Under the pieces are notes generated by a model. That model ran no database searches. It worked only from the letters and a program-made list of their open reading frames with translations, and was not told the DNA's origin. A stretch of DNA of 64,000 nucleotides, taken from IMG/VR virus record IMGVR_UViG_3300013121_000041, positions 32,001 to 96,000 of that record. The stretch is one strand, 5' to 3'. A program made the position numbers and the translations under genes. Shown here in pieces: positions 8,108-18,346 of the stretch. The DNA comes from a virus. Taxonomy: Duplodnaviria; Caudoviricetes. The stretch's first letter is position 1; every line of letters begins with the position of its first letter.

Positions 8108-9277
8108 ATGCACGACATTAAAAAGATACGAAAATTCCCGGCGGCCTTCGACGATGCAATGCGGCGTCGTGGGATCGATCCCATTGCGGACACTCTCATC
8201 GTCAAGGATGATTTGCGGCGGGGTCTCATTTTAGAATATGAAAAGGTTCGCGCCGAATGTCGGGGAACAACGGACCATGAAGTTCTTCGTCGTCGGCGCG
8301 AAGAACTCAGGAACTTTGAGCGTGATATTGATGTGGCGACCGATGACGTTCGGAATGCGATGGCCGCGATCCCAAATTTACCGGCCGACGAGACGCCAGA
8401 AAATCTCGTCGTCGTCAGGAACGTCGGCGAACCGACGAAATTTGATTTCCCAGTGAAGGATCACGTTGAACTTTTAGGCGCTGACTATCGTGCGGAAACG
8501 GCGACTAAGTTAGCTGGGGCGCGTTTGCCGATGTTGACGGGTCCCGCCGCCAGACTTGAGAGGGCGCTCGGGCAATTTGCCCTCGATCGTTTTGTTAATT
8601 TTGGGTTTCTAGAAGTATATCCTCCGTTCATCGTAAATGAATGTGCGATGTTCGGCACAGGACAACTGCCGAAATTTGCGGACGATCTGTTTACCACCAC
8701 TGACGGAAGATGGTTGATTCCGACGGCCGAAGTTCCGTTGACGAACGTGGTGATGGGGGACATTATCGACGCGGCGGAACTGCCGTTGCGTTTCACGGCG
8801 TTGACCCCATGTTTTCGTGCGGAGGCCGGGGCCGCCGGGAGGGATACCCGTGGATTGATGCGCAATCATCAATTCAACAAAGTGGAGGCCGTCGCTATCA
8901 CGACGCCGGAAAATGTTGACGTCAGACTCCATGAGATTTTGTGGACGACCGAAGGTATCCTTCGCGACCTTCGAATACCGTACAGGGTGGTTGAGTTACC
9001 GGCCAACGATCTTGGATTCGCGGCTCGACGGACGTTCGACATCGAAGCGTGGTTCCCCGGTCAGGGACGGTATCGTGAGGTCGGGAGCATTACCGATTGT
9101 GGGGATTTTCAAGCGCGTCGAATGAACGGACGGTTCAAACGTAAAATTGGAAAACCTGAGTTTCTGCGGACGATCAACGGCACGGGTATGGCAACCGGTA
9201 GGGTTCTCGCTGCGGCCGTCGAGAACTGGCAAAATGAGGACGGTACGTACACCGTTCCGGAGGGGGTATTTCGATGA
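8108..9277 (+). CDS. serS: seryl-tRNA synthetase
   Basis: LIPTAEVPL, CFRAEAGAAGRDTRGLMRNHQFNKVE, CGDFQARR, motif 3 TINGTGMATGR. Confidence 0.95.
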   Translation: MHDIKKIRKFPAAFDDAMRRRGIDPIADTLIVKDDLRRGLILEYEKVRAECRGTTDHEVLRRRREELRNFERDIDVATDDVRNAMAAIPNLPADETPENLVVVRNVGEPTKFDFPVKDHVELLGADYRAETATKLAGARLPMLTGPAARLERALGQFALDRFVNFGFLEVYPPFIVNECAMFGTGQLPKFADDLFTTTDGRWLIPTAEVPLTNVVMGDIIDAAELPLRFTALTPCFRAEAGAAGRDTRGLMRNHQFNKVEAVAITTPENVDVRLHEILWTTEGILRDLRIPYRVVELPANDLGFAARRTFDIEAWFPGQGRYREVGSITDCGDFQARRMNGRFKRKIGKPEFLRTINGTGMATGRVLAAAVENWQNEDGTYTVPEGVFR

Positions 9278-10650
9278 CACAAACCAAATCAAAGCGCCCA
9301 ATTGGGGTCGATCTATTCTCGGGCGCGGGCGGCATGAGCTTGGGCTTCGAGCAGGCGGGCTTTGATGTTCGCGCCGCCGTGGAGATCGACCCGATCCACG
9401 CGGCTATTCACAAGTTTAACTTCCCTGATTGTGCGGTGCTGGCTCGATCGGTCGTCGGCTTGACTGGCGACCAGATACGCAAGGCGGCGAGCATCAAAGG
9501 CCGCGACGTTGATGTGGTATTTGGCGGAGCGCCTTGCCAAGGGTTCTCGCTTATCGGTCAACGCGCGATCGATGACCCGCGAAACTCGCTCGTCAAAGAG
9601 TTCGTCCGCATCGTCAAGGAGTTGGACGCCAGATACTTTGTCTTCGAGAACGTCAAGGGCCTGACCGTAGGCAAGCACAAGCGGTTCCTTGAAGAGATCA
9701 TCGAAGCCTTCGAGACAAGCGGCTATCAGGTCCGTTGGCGCGTGCTGAATGCCGCAGACTATGGGGTGCCGCAACACCGCGAGCGTCTAATCCTGTTAGG
9801 CGCGAAGAATGGGATACCGCTTCCGAGTTACCCGACACCGACCCACTACCCAGCAGGCAAGGGCGAAAACAAACTCCTGTTGGCGGGGCCTTCCTGCAAG
9901 GATGCCCTTGGCGATCTGCCCGAGCCAGAGGACTACCCCGAACTGGAAGTGATTGATGCCGTATCCACGAACCGATGGGGCAAGCCTAGCCCGTATGCGG
10001 CTTCGCTACGTTGCGAGACGGCGGCGGATTGGCACTTCGGATACAGGCGTAAATGGAAAGGGTCGCTGCTCACTTCGAGCATGAGAACCGATCACACGGA
10101 GATTTCGCGGCGGCGCTTCGCCGAGACGGCGGGCGGAGATGTGGAACCGATTTCGCGCTTTTTCAGGCTTCCAGAGGGCGGAATCTCAAACACGTTGCGG
10201 GCAGGGACGGACAGTGCACGCGGCGCGTTCACCAGCCCGCGACCGATCCACTATGCATCGCCTCGATGCGTCACCGTTCGTGAAATGGCCCGCCTTCACG
10301 GCTTCCCCGATTGGTTCCGCTTTCACGTGACCAAATGGCATGGGGCACGTCAGATCGGTAACGCCGTGCCGCCGCCGCTTGCACGTGTGGTTGCAACGGC
10401 GGTCATGTCTTCCATAGGATACAAGCCCACGAGACAGACGACAGCGCTCGATCTCGGCGACGAAAAGCTGCTTTCGATCGGCATGGCAGAAGCCGCCGCC
10501 TATTGGGACGTGCCAGTGGTCATTGGTCGTCGCGACAAGAAAAGTGGCACGAAGAAACGGAAACAAGAAATGATCGAGGCGGAGCGTCGCGCCGCCGACA
10601 AGACCCGACAAGCGCCAGTCGGGTATGATCTGGAAAAGAGGACTCGATGA
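9274..10650 (+). CDS. dcm: C5 cytosine DNA methyltransferase
   Basis: DLFSGAGG, GAPCQGFS, FENVKG, QHRER, QIGNAVPP. Confidence 0.96.
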   Translation: MTQTKSKRPIGVDLFSGAGGMSLGFEQAGFDVRAAVEIDPIHAAIHKFNFPDCAVLARSVVGLTGDQIRKAASIKGRDVDVVFGGAPCQGFSLIGQRAIDDPRNSLVKEFVRIVKELDARYFVFENVKGLTVGKHKRFLEEIIEAFETSGYQVRWRVLNAADYGVPQHRERLILLGAKNGIPLPSYPTPTHYPAGKGENKLLLAGPSCKDALGDLPEPEDYPELEVIDAVSTNRWGKPSPYAASLRCETAADWHFGYRRKWKGSLLTSSMRTDHTEISRRRFAETAGGDVEPISRFFRLPEGGISNTLRAGTDSARGAFTSPRPIHYASPRCVTVREMARLHGFPDWFRFHVTKWHGARQIGNAVPPPLARVVATAVMSSIGYKPTRQTTALDLGDEKLLSIGMAEAAAYWDVPVVIGRRDKKSGTKKRKQEMIEAERRAADKTRQAPVGYDLEKRTR

Positions 10651-10683
10651 ATGATGACGGTACTCCGTTCCGGAGGGGAGTCG

Positions 10684-11058
10684 ATGACGCAAAAACTGAT
10701 CCTCGTTCGTGGTCTGCCGGGGAGCGGCAAATCCACGCTCGCGGCGATGCTTCCGGGGACCCACGTCGAGGCTGACGATTTTTTCATCGTGAACGGTGAA
10801 TACAAATTCGACGGCAGTCGGATCGGTGAAGCGCATGGGTGGTGTCTGTCGAAATGCCGGGAGGCGCTGGAGCGCGGTGAGGACGTCGTCGTGTCAAACA
10901 CCTTCACCAGACTGTGGGAAATGCGGCCGTACATCGATGCAGCAACGGAGTTCGGTATTGTTCCGTTCATCGTGATGTGTGAAAATTCATTCGGGTCGAT
11001 TCACGTTGGCGATGATGTGATCGAAAGGATGCGGGCACGGTGGGAAACGTTCAAATGA
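10684..11058 (+). CDS. P-loop kinase (AAA_33/PNK-like)
   Basis: RGLPGSGKST, EADDFF, VSNTF. Confidence 0.85.
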   Translation: MTQKLILVRGLPGSGKSTLAAMLPGTHVEADDFFIVNGEYKFDGSRIGEAHGWCLSKCREALERGEDVVVSNTFTRLWEMRPYIDAATEFGIVPFIVMCENSFGSIHVGDDVIERMRARWETFK

Positions 11059-11570
11059 GGAACGTCTGGTTTACGGCAGATACACATTTTGGTCACGCAC
11101 GGATCATCGATCTGTGTGGTCGTCCATTTTCGTCCGTTCATGACATGAACGAGGCGATGATCGATCGGTGGAATGCGATCGTCTCTCCGAGGGACGTGGT
11201 GTGGCATCTTGGTGATTTTGCGTTCGCCGATCATCAGAAATATTTCAGTCGATTGAACGGTGAGAAACATCTGATTCGCGGGAACCACGATCAACGCGGG
11301 CGTATGAAGAGCGCAAAATGGCAGTCTGTGTCTGATTTGAAGGAAGTGACCGTCAATGACAGTACGGTCGTCCTCTGTCATTATGCCCTTAGGACGTGGA
11401 ACAGAGCGCACTACGGTTCCATCCATTTGTACGGCCATTCGCACGGCAAATTGCCGCCGACGTTCAACAGTCTTGACGTTGGCGTCGATTGTTGGCAATA
11501 TGCGCCCGTTTCTTTGGAAGAAGTTCAAAAGAGGTTATCCGCTCACGTCGATGTGCCAGCATCGGTGTGA
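11055..11570 (+). CDS. calcineurin-like metallophosphoesterase
   Basis: DTHFGH, LGD, GNHD, HLYGHSH. Confidence 0.9.
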   Translation: MRNVWFTADTHFGHARIIDLCGRPFSSVHDMNEAMIDRWNAIVSPRDVVWHLGDFAFADHQKYFSRLNGEKHLIRGNHDQRGRMKSAKWQSVSDLKEVTVNDSTVVLCHYALRTWNRAHYGSIHLYGHSHGKLPPTFNSLDVGVDCWQYAPVSLEEVQKRLSAHVDVPASV

Positions 11571-11612
11571 ACGATCGAGTATGATCTGGCGAAGAGGACT
11601 TGATGATGGCCG

Positions 11613-11837
11613 ATGATAATGTTGAAAATCTCGACGTCACTCGATCCGGCGGTCATTCTCCGGACGACCAATCAACGTCGTTACGACGAAATTAAGGATT
11701 TTCAGACGGTCGAAGAAATTTCGACAGACGCAGATTTTTCCGAAACGAACGTGATCAACATCCTCGATCATTTGAAAACACGGGAACCCGTCACGGATCG
11801 TGATGACGTTGAGGCGCTTTTGAAATCCTTCGGATAG
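11613..11837 (+). CDS. hypothetical protein
   Basis: ORF within the operon. Confidence 0.5.
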   Translation: MIMLKISTSLDPAVILRTTNQRRYDEIKDFQTVEEISTDADFSETNVINILDHLKTREPVTDRDDVEALLKSFG

Positions 11838-11845
11838 GGAAGACC

Positions 11846-12175
11846 ATGATGGTTGAAATCGTTAATATCACTGACGAGGAAGATGGTGGTGCGATCATTT
11901 CGTTCGATTTAACGAACGAAGAATTAAAAAGGTTCGCCGAGATCGGAATTCTGGCGGCGCTCATGGATGCCGCCATGGAGGTGATCACAGACAAACCATA
12001 TTTGATATTTGAAGTTATCAGTGGGGAGAAGAAATTCATCGCCGAAACTGAAAATTATGAAGATGCCCGTAAGATCGCCAAAAAATTGTATTCGACGTTT
12101 CACAAGGATTCCAAACTCGTGATCGTCAAAATCATCGATGAAATCACGTCCCCGGTTTCTGGTTCCTCTGAGTGA
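11846..12175 (+). CDS. hypothetical protein
   Basis: ORF with RBS. Confidence 0.55.
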   Translation: MMVEIVNITDEEDGGAIISFDLTNEELKRFAEIGILAALMDAAMEVITDKPYLIFEVISGEKKFIAETENYEDARKIAKKLYSTFHKDSKLVIVKIIDEITSPVSGSSE

Positions 12176-12626
12176 TGCGGTGATCTCGATTGACGATGGT
12201 GACTGATCCGAAATTCACTGAAACCCATCTGTCGAAGAGCCTCTCATAGGGATTGCAGATGAAGTGGACGCGGGCGCGCAACTGATATTCTCCGGGAGGG
12301 ACGTTGGGTATCTCCAACGTTATTCCAACTGGTGTTGAATTTTTCGCCATCCTCGTCGTCCGTTCTTCTCCGATGGCCGTCTCCACACCATTACCGACGA
12401 TCTGTACGATCGTGTTATAAAAACACGATCGACGATCTGTAATTTCGTAAAAAATGGAGATCGCCTCACCGGCCGATATTTCAGCCGGAGTCGAAGATGC
12501 GTTCTTTTGAATGGGGACAGACGTGACGGATTCCACCCCCCAGTAGACGAACGCAGCCAATGCGATATATAATGGACATAAGAGGACGAATGGGACCGAA
12601 TTGCGTTTCACGAAATTCATGACCAC
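12144..12626 (-). CDS. membrane-anchored periplasmic Ig-like protein
   Basis: N-terminal TM, two Cys, PPGEY beta-rich region. Confidence 0.55.
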   Translation of the reverse strand: MVMNFVKRNSVPFVLLCPLYIALAAFVYWGVESVTSVPIQKNASSTPAEISAGEAISIFYEITDRRSCFYNTIVQIVGNGVETAIGEERTTRMAKNSTPVGITLEIPNVPPGEYQLRARVHFICNPYERLFDRWVSVNFGSVTIVNRDHRITQRNQKPGT

Positions 12627-12632
12627 ACTCCT

Positions 12633-12956
12633 TTAATGAATGTTTTTGTTGACCAGCGAGATGATCATTCCACCGACCGCGAGTAACAGGAATGACACGA
12701 CCCCATACACCAACTTTTTGACGGGTTCGAACTCGACCTTTTTCGTGTATCCGTCATCGATTTCTTTGCGAAGAGACTTGTGGGTATCCTTGATTTCGTC
12801 GATCTCATTTTTGTGGGTCTTCGACATTTCGTCGAATTTTCCACGCACCTCCGTGCGCATCTGGTCGATGTTGTCACGAATGGCCTTGGTTCGCTCGTCC
12901 AGACCAGATAAATGGGAAAGGACGTCCCTCACGAATTCGTCGATGTTGTTAGCCAT
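12633..12956 (-). CDS. coiled-coil protein with C-terminal TM (possible lysis accessory)
   Basis: Late-promoter-like AATAAATA at 12984-12991 (minus). Confidence 0.55.
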   Translation of the reverse strand: MANNIDEFVRDVLSHLSGLDERTKAIRDNIDQMRTEVRGKFDEMSKTHKNEIDEIKDTHKSLRKEIDDGYTKKVEFEPVKKLVYGVVSFLLLAVGGMIISLVNKNIH

Positions 12957-13017
12957 ACATTTCCCGCCTCGGTTTCGATGATTTATTTATTCAACCGAGC
13001 AATTTAGTGAAAATCTC

Positions 13018-14052
13018 ATGAACGAGTTACACTACATTACAATGTTGTCGACCGGGTTGCGGAATTTTCGCCGTCGCGGGCGGCTGTTTAATTTTTCTTG
13101 CCCGATCTGTGGGGATTCCAACACCAATCGGTTGAAGGCCAGAGGATACCTTTTCGAACGTCAGCGGGAGTATTTTTTCAAGTGTCACAACTGCGGGGCG
13201 TCGATGTCTTTCGGTAGGTTCCTGCGTGAGGTTAATCCCCATCTATGGTCACAGTGGAACGCCGAAAAGTTCCTAAAATCAGAACGGCCTGAGGATCATT
13301 CTCACAGGACGGTCGTCAAGTTGACTTCCGGCAATCCCACACTTTCGTCGATCATGTCGTCGATCGATCTTATGCCGACATCTTCTGAGGTCGTCCGGTA
13401 CATTGCCGGAAGAAAAATTCCCGAGGACCGATGGGCCAACATTTTTTTCACCGAAAATATCAACGTCGTCGGTGAAATTTTTCCGAAATACGCAGATCGA
13501 GAATTTGACGTTGAACCTCGGATCGTCTTTCCGATTCACGATCGCCGTGGGGCCGTCGTCGGTATCGTGTCTCGGGCACTTCGAAAAACGTCTAAAGTGC
13601 GCTATCAGACGTTCAAGGAGAACGACGAGGTTCCGCTCATCTACGGATTGGACCGCGTTGATTTTGGAAAACCGGTCGTCGTCGTCGAAGGACCGATAGA
13701 CAGTATTTTCATCGACAATTGCATCGCCGCCTGCGGTGGTGATTTCACGCACGTTTTCCCCCATCTGGTGGTCGGTCGCGATTTATTGGCGTTCGACAAC
13801 ACCCCCCGCAACATGCACGTCGTTAGACATATGAGAGCGGCGGCGAGGGACGGACATCGGGTCGTCGTGTGGCCGGATGAAAATGATAAAAAGGACGTGA
13901 ATGACATGATCCTTTCCGGGATCACCAAGGATGAACTCACGAGAATGATGTGGGAAAATTCCGCCACCGGAATGGAATTAAATCTCAAGATAGCGAAATG
14001 GGACAAGAGTAATGACAATCGTGGCGAAGGTCGTCGGGGATTCAATTTCTGA
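13018..14052 (+). CDS. 61: DNA primase (T4 gp61)
   Basis: CPICGDS...KARG...CHNCG zinc finger; TOPRIM VEGPIDS, KDVNDM. Confidence 0.95.
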   Translation: MNELHYITMLSTGLRNFRRRGRLFNFSCPICGDSNTNRLKARGYLFERQREYFFKCHNCGASMSFGRFLREVNPHLWSQWNAEKFLKSERPEDHSHRTVVKLTSGNPTLSSIMSSIDLMPTSSEVVRYIAGRKIPEDRWANIFFTENINVVGEIFPKYADREFDVEPRIVFPIHDRRGAVVGIVSRALRKTSKVRYQTFKENDEVPLIYGLDRVDFGKPVVVVEGPIDSIFIDNCIAACGGDFTHVFPHLVVGRDLLAFDNTPRNMHVVRHMRAAARDGHRVVVWPDENDKKDVNDMILSGITKDELTRMMWENSATGMELNLKIAKWDKSNDNRGEGRRGFNF

Positions 14053-14875
14053 TGAGGGTGTTCGGATCACCACACTTCAACTGAGATTTCCGAGGTTCAT
14101 TCTACCACAATTTAATACGCATAGGTGTTTTTCACGTTCAGCATCGTCGTCTCGTGCGATCCCCGTTGAACGCCTCATTCAGGACGTTCTGGACGATCCG
14201 GTCATCCCATCATTTTGGGGGGCGAATAAACCGGGGATGCAGGCGGACGTCGAATGCGATGAAATTGTCGTGATGAGCGACGGTAATGGCGATGACATCG
14301 AACTAGATAGGGAATTGGCGTGGCTGGAGTCCATGCGACTGGCCGTCGTCAGTGCCCGTGCGTTCTCCGCCGCTGGATACCACAAGCAGATCGTCAACCG
14401 TCTGTTGGAGCCGTTCGCTCACGTCAACGTCGTCTGTACGTCCACGCAATGGTCGAATTTTTTCGCCCTGCGCGATCATTCCGACGCACAGCCGGAAATC
14501 AGCATCCTCGCTCGTGAGATGAAACGGGTGATGGCGGCCTCGACGCCGAAACTCCTAGGTGTCGGTGAGTGGCACCTGCCGTATTGTGACGATCTGTCGA
14601 AATTCAGTGACATCGACGTTGCGATCAAGTGTTCCGTCGCCCGCTGTGCCCGTGTGTCATACGTGACGCACGACGGGAAGATTCCAAGTATAGATGCTGA
14701 TTTGAATCTGTACGACAGGCTGATCACATCCATCCCTGCCCACATGTCACCGTCGGAACATCAGGCTACCCCGGATGAACAGATCGATGGTGGGAAATGG
14801 CGGCAGTGTAAATTACACGGAAATTTCGTCGGATGGGTGCAATACAGGAAGACACTACCGAACGAATGCCTGTGA
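14012..14875 (+). CDS. thyX: flavin-dependent thymidylate synthase-like
   Basis: THRCFSRSASSSRAIP, HKQIVNRLLEP, HMSPSEHQA. Confidence 0.88.
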   Translation: MTIVAKVVGDSISDEGVRITTLQLRFPRFILPQFNTHRCFSRSASSSRAIPVERLIQDVLDDPVIPSFWGANKPGMQADVECDEIVVMSDGNGDDIELDRELAWLESMRLAVVSARAFSAAGYHKQIVNRLLEPFAHVNVVCTSTQWSNFFALRDHSDAQPEISILAREMKRVMAASTPKLLGVGEWHLPYCDDLSKFSDIDVAIKCSVARCARVSYVTHDGKIPSIDADLNLYDRLITSIPAHMSPSEHQATPDEQIDGGKWRQCKLHGNFVGWVQYRKTLPNECL

Positions 14876-14974
14876 AGTTTCAAATAATTCGTCGGTCTAA
14901 ATATCCGACGAGCCTTCCCGCGACTAGACCACCCGACGACGCGATGATACTGTCCGTCGACGTCATCCTTTTGC

Positions 14975-17401
14975 ATGGAGTTACCAATGTCCGACAAAAT
15001 CGTCCCCCTTCCGCAAAACGCCGAATACCGGTCGCTTTATCCCGGTCTAGGTCAGGCCGTCGCTGAAAGGACGATCCTGCGAAAGGGTGTGGACGGGGTT
15101 TTGGAAAATTGGGGAGAGGTCGCCCATCGGGTGGCCCTCGGCAATTCACTCCTCTGTCGCGATCTACAGGAACAGGCGAAGGAATATCAACTTCTTCGCA
15201 AGCACATCGCCAACGGGACGACGTTGATGAGCGGCCGTCACCTACAGCACGGTGATGAAACGCAGCCGACGCGAACGGCCGACGTTTTCGTGAATTGCGC
15301 CACGTCGGCGACGAGTTTTTCGGCGTTCCTGTTATTGCTGTCCGGCGCTGGTGTCGGGAGGTCGTATGACGACGACATGATGCTCGTCGATTGGAATAAT
15401 ATGCCGAACCTTCGCGTCGTACTGTCACACACGCACGGAGATTTCGATTGGAGTGCTAATGAGAGCGTTCGTGATGCCCTGCACAAATACGGTCCGCACT
15501 CGAAGCACGTGATGTGGTTCGAAGTGCCGGACACGCGCGAGGGATGGGCACAGGCCCTCGAAGTTCTTGAAGTGGCGGCGTTCGAAAAAATTCATAAGGA
15601 CAAGATGTTGATCTTGGATTTTTCGAACGTCCGACCGAAGGGATCGCCGATCGCCGGAATGCAGGGGCGTCCGGCGTCCGGTCCGATCCCGCTGATGAAC
15701 GCCTTCATGAAGATCGCCTCGATCAAGGGCGTTGGCTATGAACCTTGGCGACAGGCGATGTACGTCGACCACTATGCGGCGGAGTGCGTTCTCGTTGGTG
15801 GTGCCCGTCGCGCCGCCCGCATGTCCACAAAGTTCTGGAAGGATAAGAACGTCGTCGATTTCATCGGGGTCAAGAGGCCGATCGAGTTTGAGGGCAAGTC
15901 TCTCGACGAGATCGTCGAATATCGACGGGACAATCCCCCGGCGTTCGGCTTCCTCTGGTCATCGAACAATTCAGTCACCGTCGACGAAGAATTTTGGAAG
16001 CTCGTCGATCTAAAGAGGACGGACGACGCCTACAATTCCGAGATCGCCAAGCACGCTCGCAAGGTCTGGAATGAGTTGACGAAGTGTGCGTTCGCCGACG
16101 GGACCGGTGAGCCGGGGATCATCAACGTGGACAAATTGGTCCGCAATGATGAGGGTTGGAACGAGATGATCGGCGACGGCAATTTCATCGGATCGAAGAA
16201 GTACCACATTCGCGAAGAGACGGAACTGTATTTGAAGCGTCTCGCCAAGAGGGCCAAGGCGAAGCGTTATCCGATGATCGTTAATCCATGCAGTGAAGTG
16301 GCCCTCTCATTGCTCAGTGGATTTTGCGTCATCGCCGACGTCGTCCCGTTTCACGCCAACGATTTGTCCGACGCCGAGGAAGCGTTTCGCACGGTGACGC
16401 GGGCGCTGATCCGCGTGAATACGATGGATTCCATCTATCATCGTGAGGTCAAACGCACGAACCGAATCGGCGTCGGGATGACCGGCGTTCATGAGTTTGC
16501 GTGGAAGTTTTTCGGCGTTGGTTTCCGCGATCTCATCGATCCAGATTTTGATGGGTTTGGTCAGGTGTGTGTAGAGACGTTCGAAGATGAAGGGAAAACC
16601 GTATCCGAAGTTATCTCCGATGTGACGAAACGAGTTCTCGCGGGTGAAAAATCCGGGTTGTCAGATCGACAGATGGCGGCGGCATTTTGGCACACGCTTG
16701 AGAAATTTAACGCGGCCGTGAATGAGGAGGCGGAAGAATATTCGAAGAAACTCGGGATGACAATTCCGCATACAATTACTGTAATAAAACCGGCTGGCTC
16801 GGTTTCGAAGTTATTCGGCTTGACCGAAGGGTGGCACCTTCCATCGATGAAGTTTTACATGCGGTGGGTGCAATTTCGCCACGACGATCCGTTGATCGAA
16901 GTGCATCGGGCGAACGGTTATCCGGTCAAGGAGTTGAAGACGTATTCTGGGACGACGATCGTCGGTTTCCCGACCGCACCGACACTTTCAACGATCATGC
17001 CGGAAGATCGTCTTGTGACGGCGGCTGAGGCGACGCCGGAAGAACAGTACGAGTGGTTGCGCCTCGGGGAGCGATACTGGATTCGTGGTTATGGTGACGT
17101 TGATCGTGGCAATCAGATTTCATTCACACTTCACTACGACGCGAAAATAGTCGATCATAAAACGTTCAAGGATACGTTGCGGAAGCATCAGCGGACGGTG
17201 AAATGTTGTTCCGTCATGCCGAAGGGAGATTCATCGTCCTATGAATATCTGCCGGAGGAGATGATCTCCAAGGCCGAATATGAGGCCGTGGCACAGGCCA
17301 TCGTCAATTCTGGTGTGACGGAAGACGTCGGGTTCGAGCATGTGGACTGTTCGACGGGGGCGTGTCCGATTTCGTGGAAGGACGACGCGGCGTCAGCCTA
17401 G
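14975..17401 (+). CDS. nrdJ: class II (B12-dependent) ribonucleotide reductase
   Basis: NCA, NPCSE, KPAGSVS, C-terminal CSTGAC; no nrdB in the window. Confidence 0.85.
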   Translation: MELPMSDKIVPLPQNAEYRSLYPGLGQAVAERTILRKGVDGVLENWGEVAHRVALGNSLLCRDLQEQAKEYQLLRKHIANGTTLMSGRHLQHGDETQPTRTADVFVNCATSATSFSAFLLLLSGAGVGRSYDDDMMLVDWNNMPNLRVVLSHTHGDFDWSANESVRDALHKYGPHSKHVMWFEVPDTREGWAQALEVLEVAAFEKIHKDKMLILDFSNVRPKGSPIAGMQGRPASGPIPLMNAFMKIASIKGVGYEPWRQAMYVDHYAAECVLVGGARRAARMSTKFWKDKNVVDFIGVKRPIEFEGKSLDEIVEYRRDNPPAFGFLWSSNNSVTVDEEFWKLVDLKRTDDAYNSEIAKHARKVWNELTKCAFADGTGEPGIINVDKLVRNDEGWNEMIGDGNFIGSKKYHIREETELYLKRLAKRAKAKRYPMIVNPCSEVALSLLSGFCVIADVVPFHANDLSDAEEAFRTVTRALIRVNTMDSIYHREVKRTNRIGVGMTGVHEFAWKFFGVGFRDLIDPDFDGFGQVCVETFEDEGKTVSEVISDVTKRVLAGEKSGLSDRQMAAAFWHTLEKFNAAVNEEAEEYSKKLGMTIPHTITVIKPAGSVSKLFGLTEGWHLPSMKFYMRWVQFRHDDPLIEVHRANGYPVKELKTYSGTTIVGFPTAPTLSTIMPEDRLVTAAEATPEEQYEWLRLGERYWIRGYGDVDRGNQISFTLHYDAKIVDHKTFKDTLRKHQRTVKCCSVMPKGDSSSYEYLPEEMISKAEYEAVAQAIVNSGVTEDVGFEHVDCSTGACPISWKDDAASA

Positions 17402-17893
17402 GAGATCGCCGAAATTTTTAGCGATGGCCCGGCCATCGACGATCCGCTGCGTCTGCGTTCGATATTTTCCGATCGCATCGTTGTACCAACGGCCGTCGAT
17501 GAGGGAGACGTGGGCAAACTGATACCGTAATTCGGTGAAATTGGTGTCGCCGCGCGTTAGGTGGAGCGAGAGGATGTGGCGTTCGTATTCGGACGCCCCA
17601 TTCTTCTCGATGTCACTTTTCAGGCGGGTACTGGAACCCCAATAGGTCTTCCAATCTGACTCCTTCCTCGTTCGCCTCCTGTCGGTTTTTTTCTTTCGAA
17701 CGACGTTGTAGAAATACTTCCGACCGATGTACCGGCGGCCGGTTTCCTTGTGAAGGATGAGGTAGACGAAGCCTTCGAAATCCCCGATTTGGTCTTCGGT
17801 GAAGGGGACACCACCGTACAGCCACGGCGGTTCGACGGCGTCAATCTTCTTCAATTTCTTCGTCCTTTTCGACGAACGTTTCGTTCGAATCAT
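17393..17893 (-). CDS. GIY-YIG endonuclease (DenA-like)
   Basis: GFVYLI...YIGRK, WKTYWGS, WYNDAI; true start is probably near 17844. Confidence 0.8.
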   Translation of the reverse strand: MIRTKRSSKRTKKLKKIDAVEPPWLYGGVPFTEDQIGDFEGFVYLILHKETGRRYIGRKYFYNVVRKKKTDRRRTRKESDWKTYWGSSTRLKSDIEKNGASEYERHILSLHLTRGDTNFTELRYQFAHVSLIDGRWYNDAIGKYRTQTQRIVDGRAIAKNFGDLLG

Positions 17894-18008
17894 CTAGAGA
17901 AATTCCACAAAAGGGGCACCAATCCGGCGTTTCCACTTCATTTTCGGACTTCCACGATACCGTGTATTCGTAGGAGCCGCAGGGACATTCGACGGTCCTT
18001 TTCTTCAT
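17841..18008 (-). CDS. small zinc-ribbon protein (not in ORF track)
   Basis: MKKRTVECPCGS...WCPFCG followed by an acidic tail. Confidence 0.7.
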   Translation of the reverse strand: MKKRTVECPCGSYEYTVSWKSENEVETPDWCPFCGISLDDSNETFVEKDEEIEED

Positions 18009-18070
18009 CTGTTGACTTTACTCCATTTATGGGTCAGAATCCCTTTACTTATAATTTTCAGGAGATTGCC

Positions 18071-18346
18071 GTGGCCTCGTCAGCGTCGTTCGCCGCCAAT
18101 ACCGTCTTCAAAATCGAATACGGTGATTCCGTAGCCGTTTTGGACCTCGATGAGGTTTCGATGATCGTCTGTACCGACACGGCGTTCATCGTCTATTTCA
18201 AGACGGGACAGGAATTCGAGATTACGATTGAGGAGATCGAGGTACGGGAATATTTCAATACGGCGGTGAAGGATATGTATTCAAGAATGAAGAAACGTCG
18301 GGAGATCGACGTTGAAAATTTCGGAAAATTCATCGTTGGAGGTTGA
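18071..18346 (+). CDS. hypothetical protein
   Basis: GGAG RBS and GTG start. Confidence 0.55.
   Translation: MASSASFAANTVFKIEYGDSVAVLDLDEVSMIVCTDTAFIVYFKTGQEFEITIEEIEVREYFNTAVKDMYSRMKKRREIDVENFGKFIVGG

Noticed and set aside
9274-10650. Complete restriction-modification system
   Set aside because: No adjacent endonuclease for either methyltransferase.
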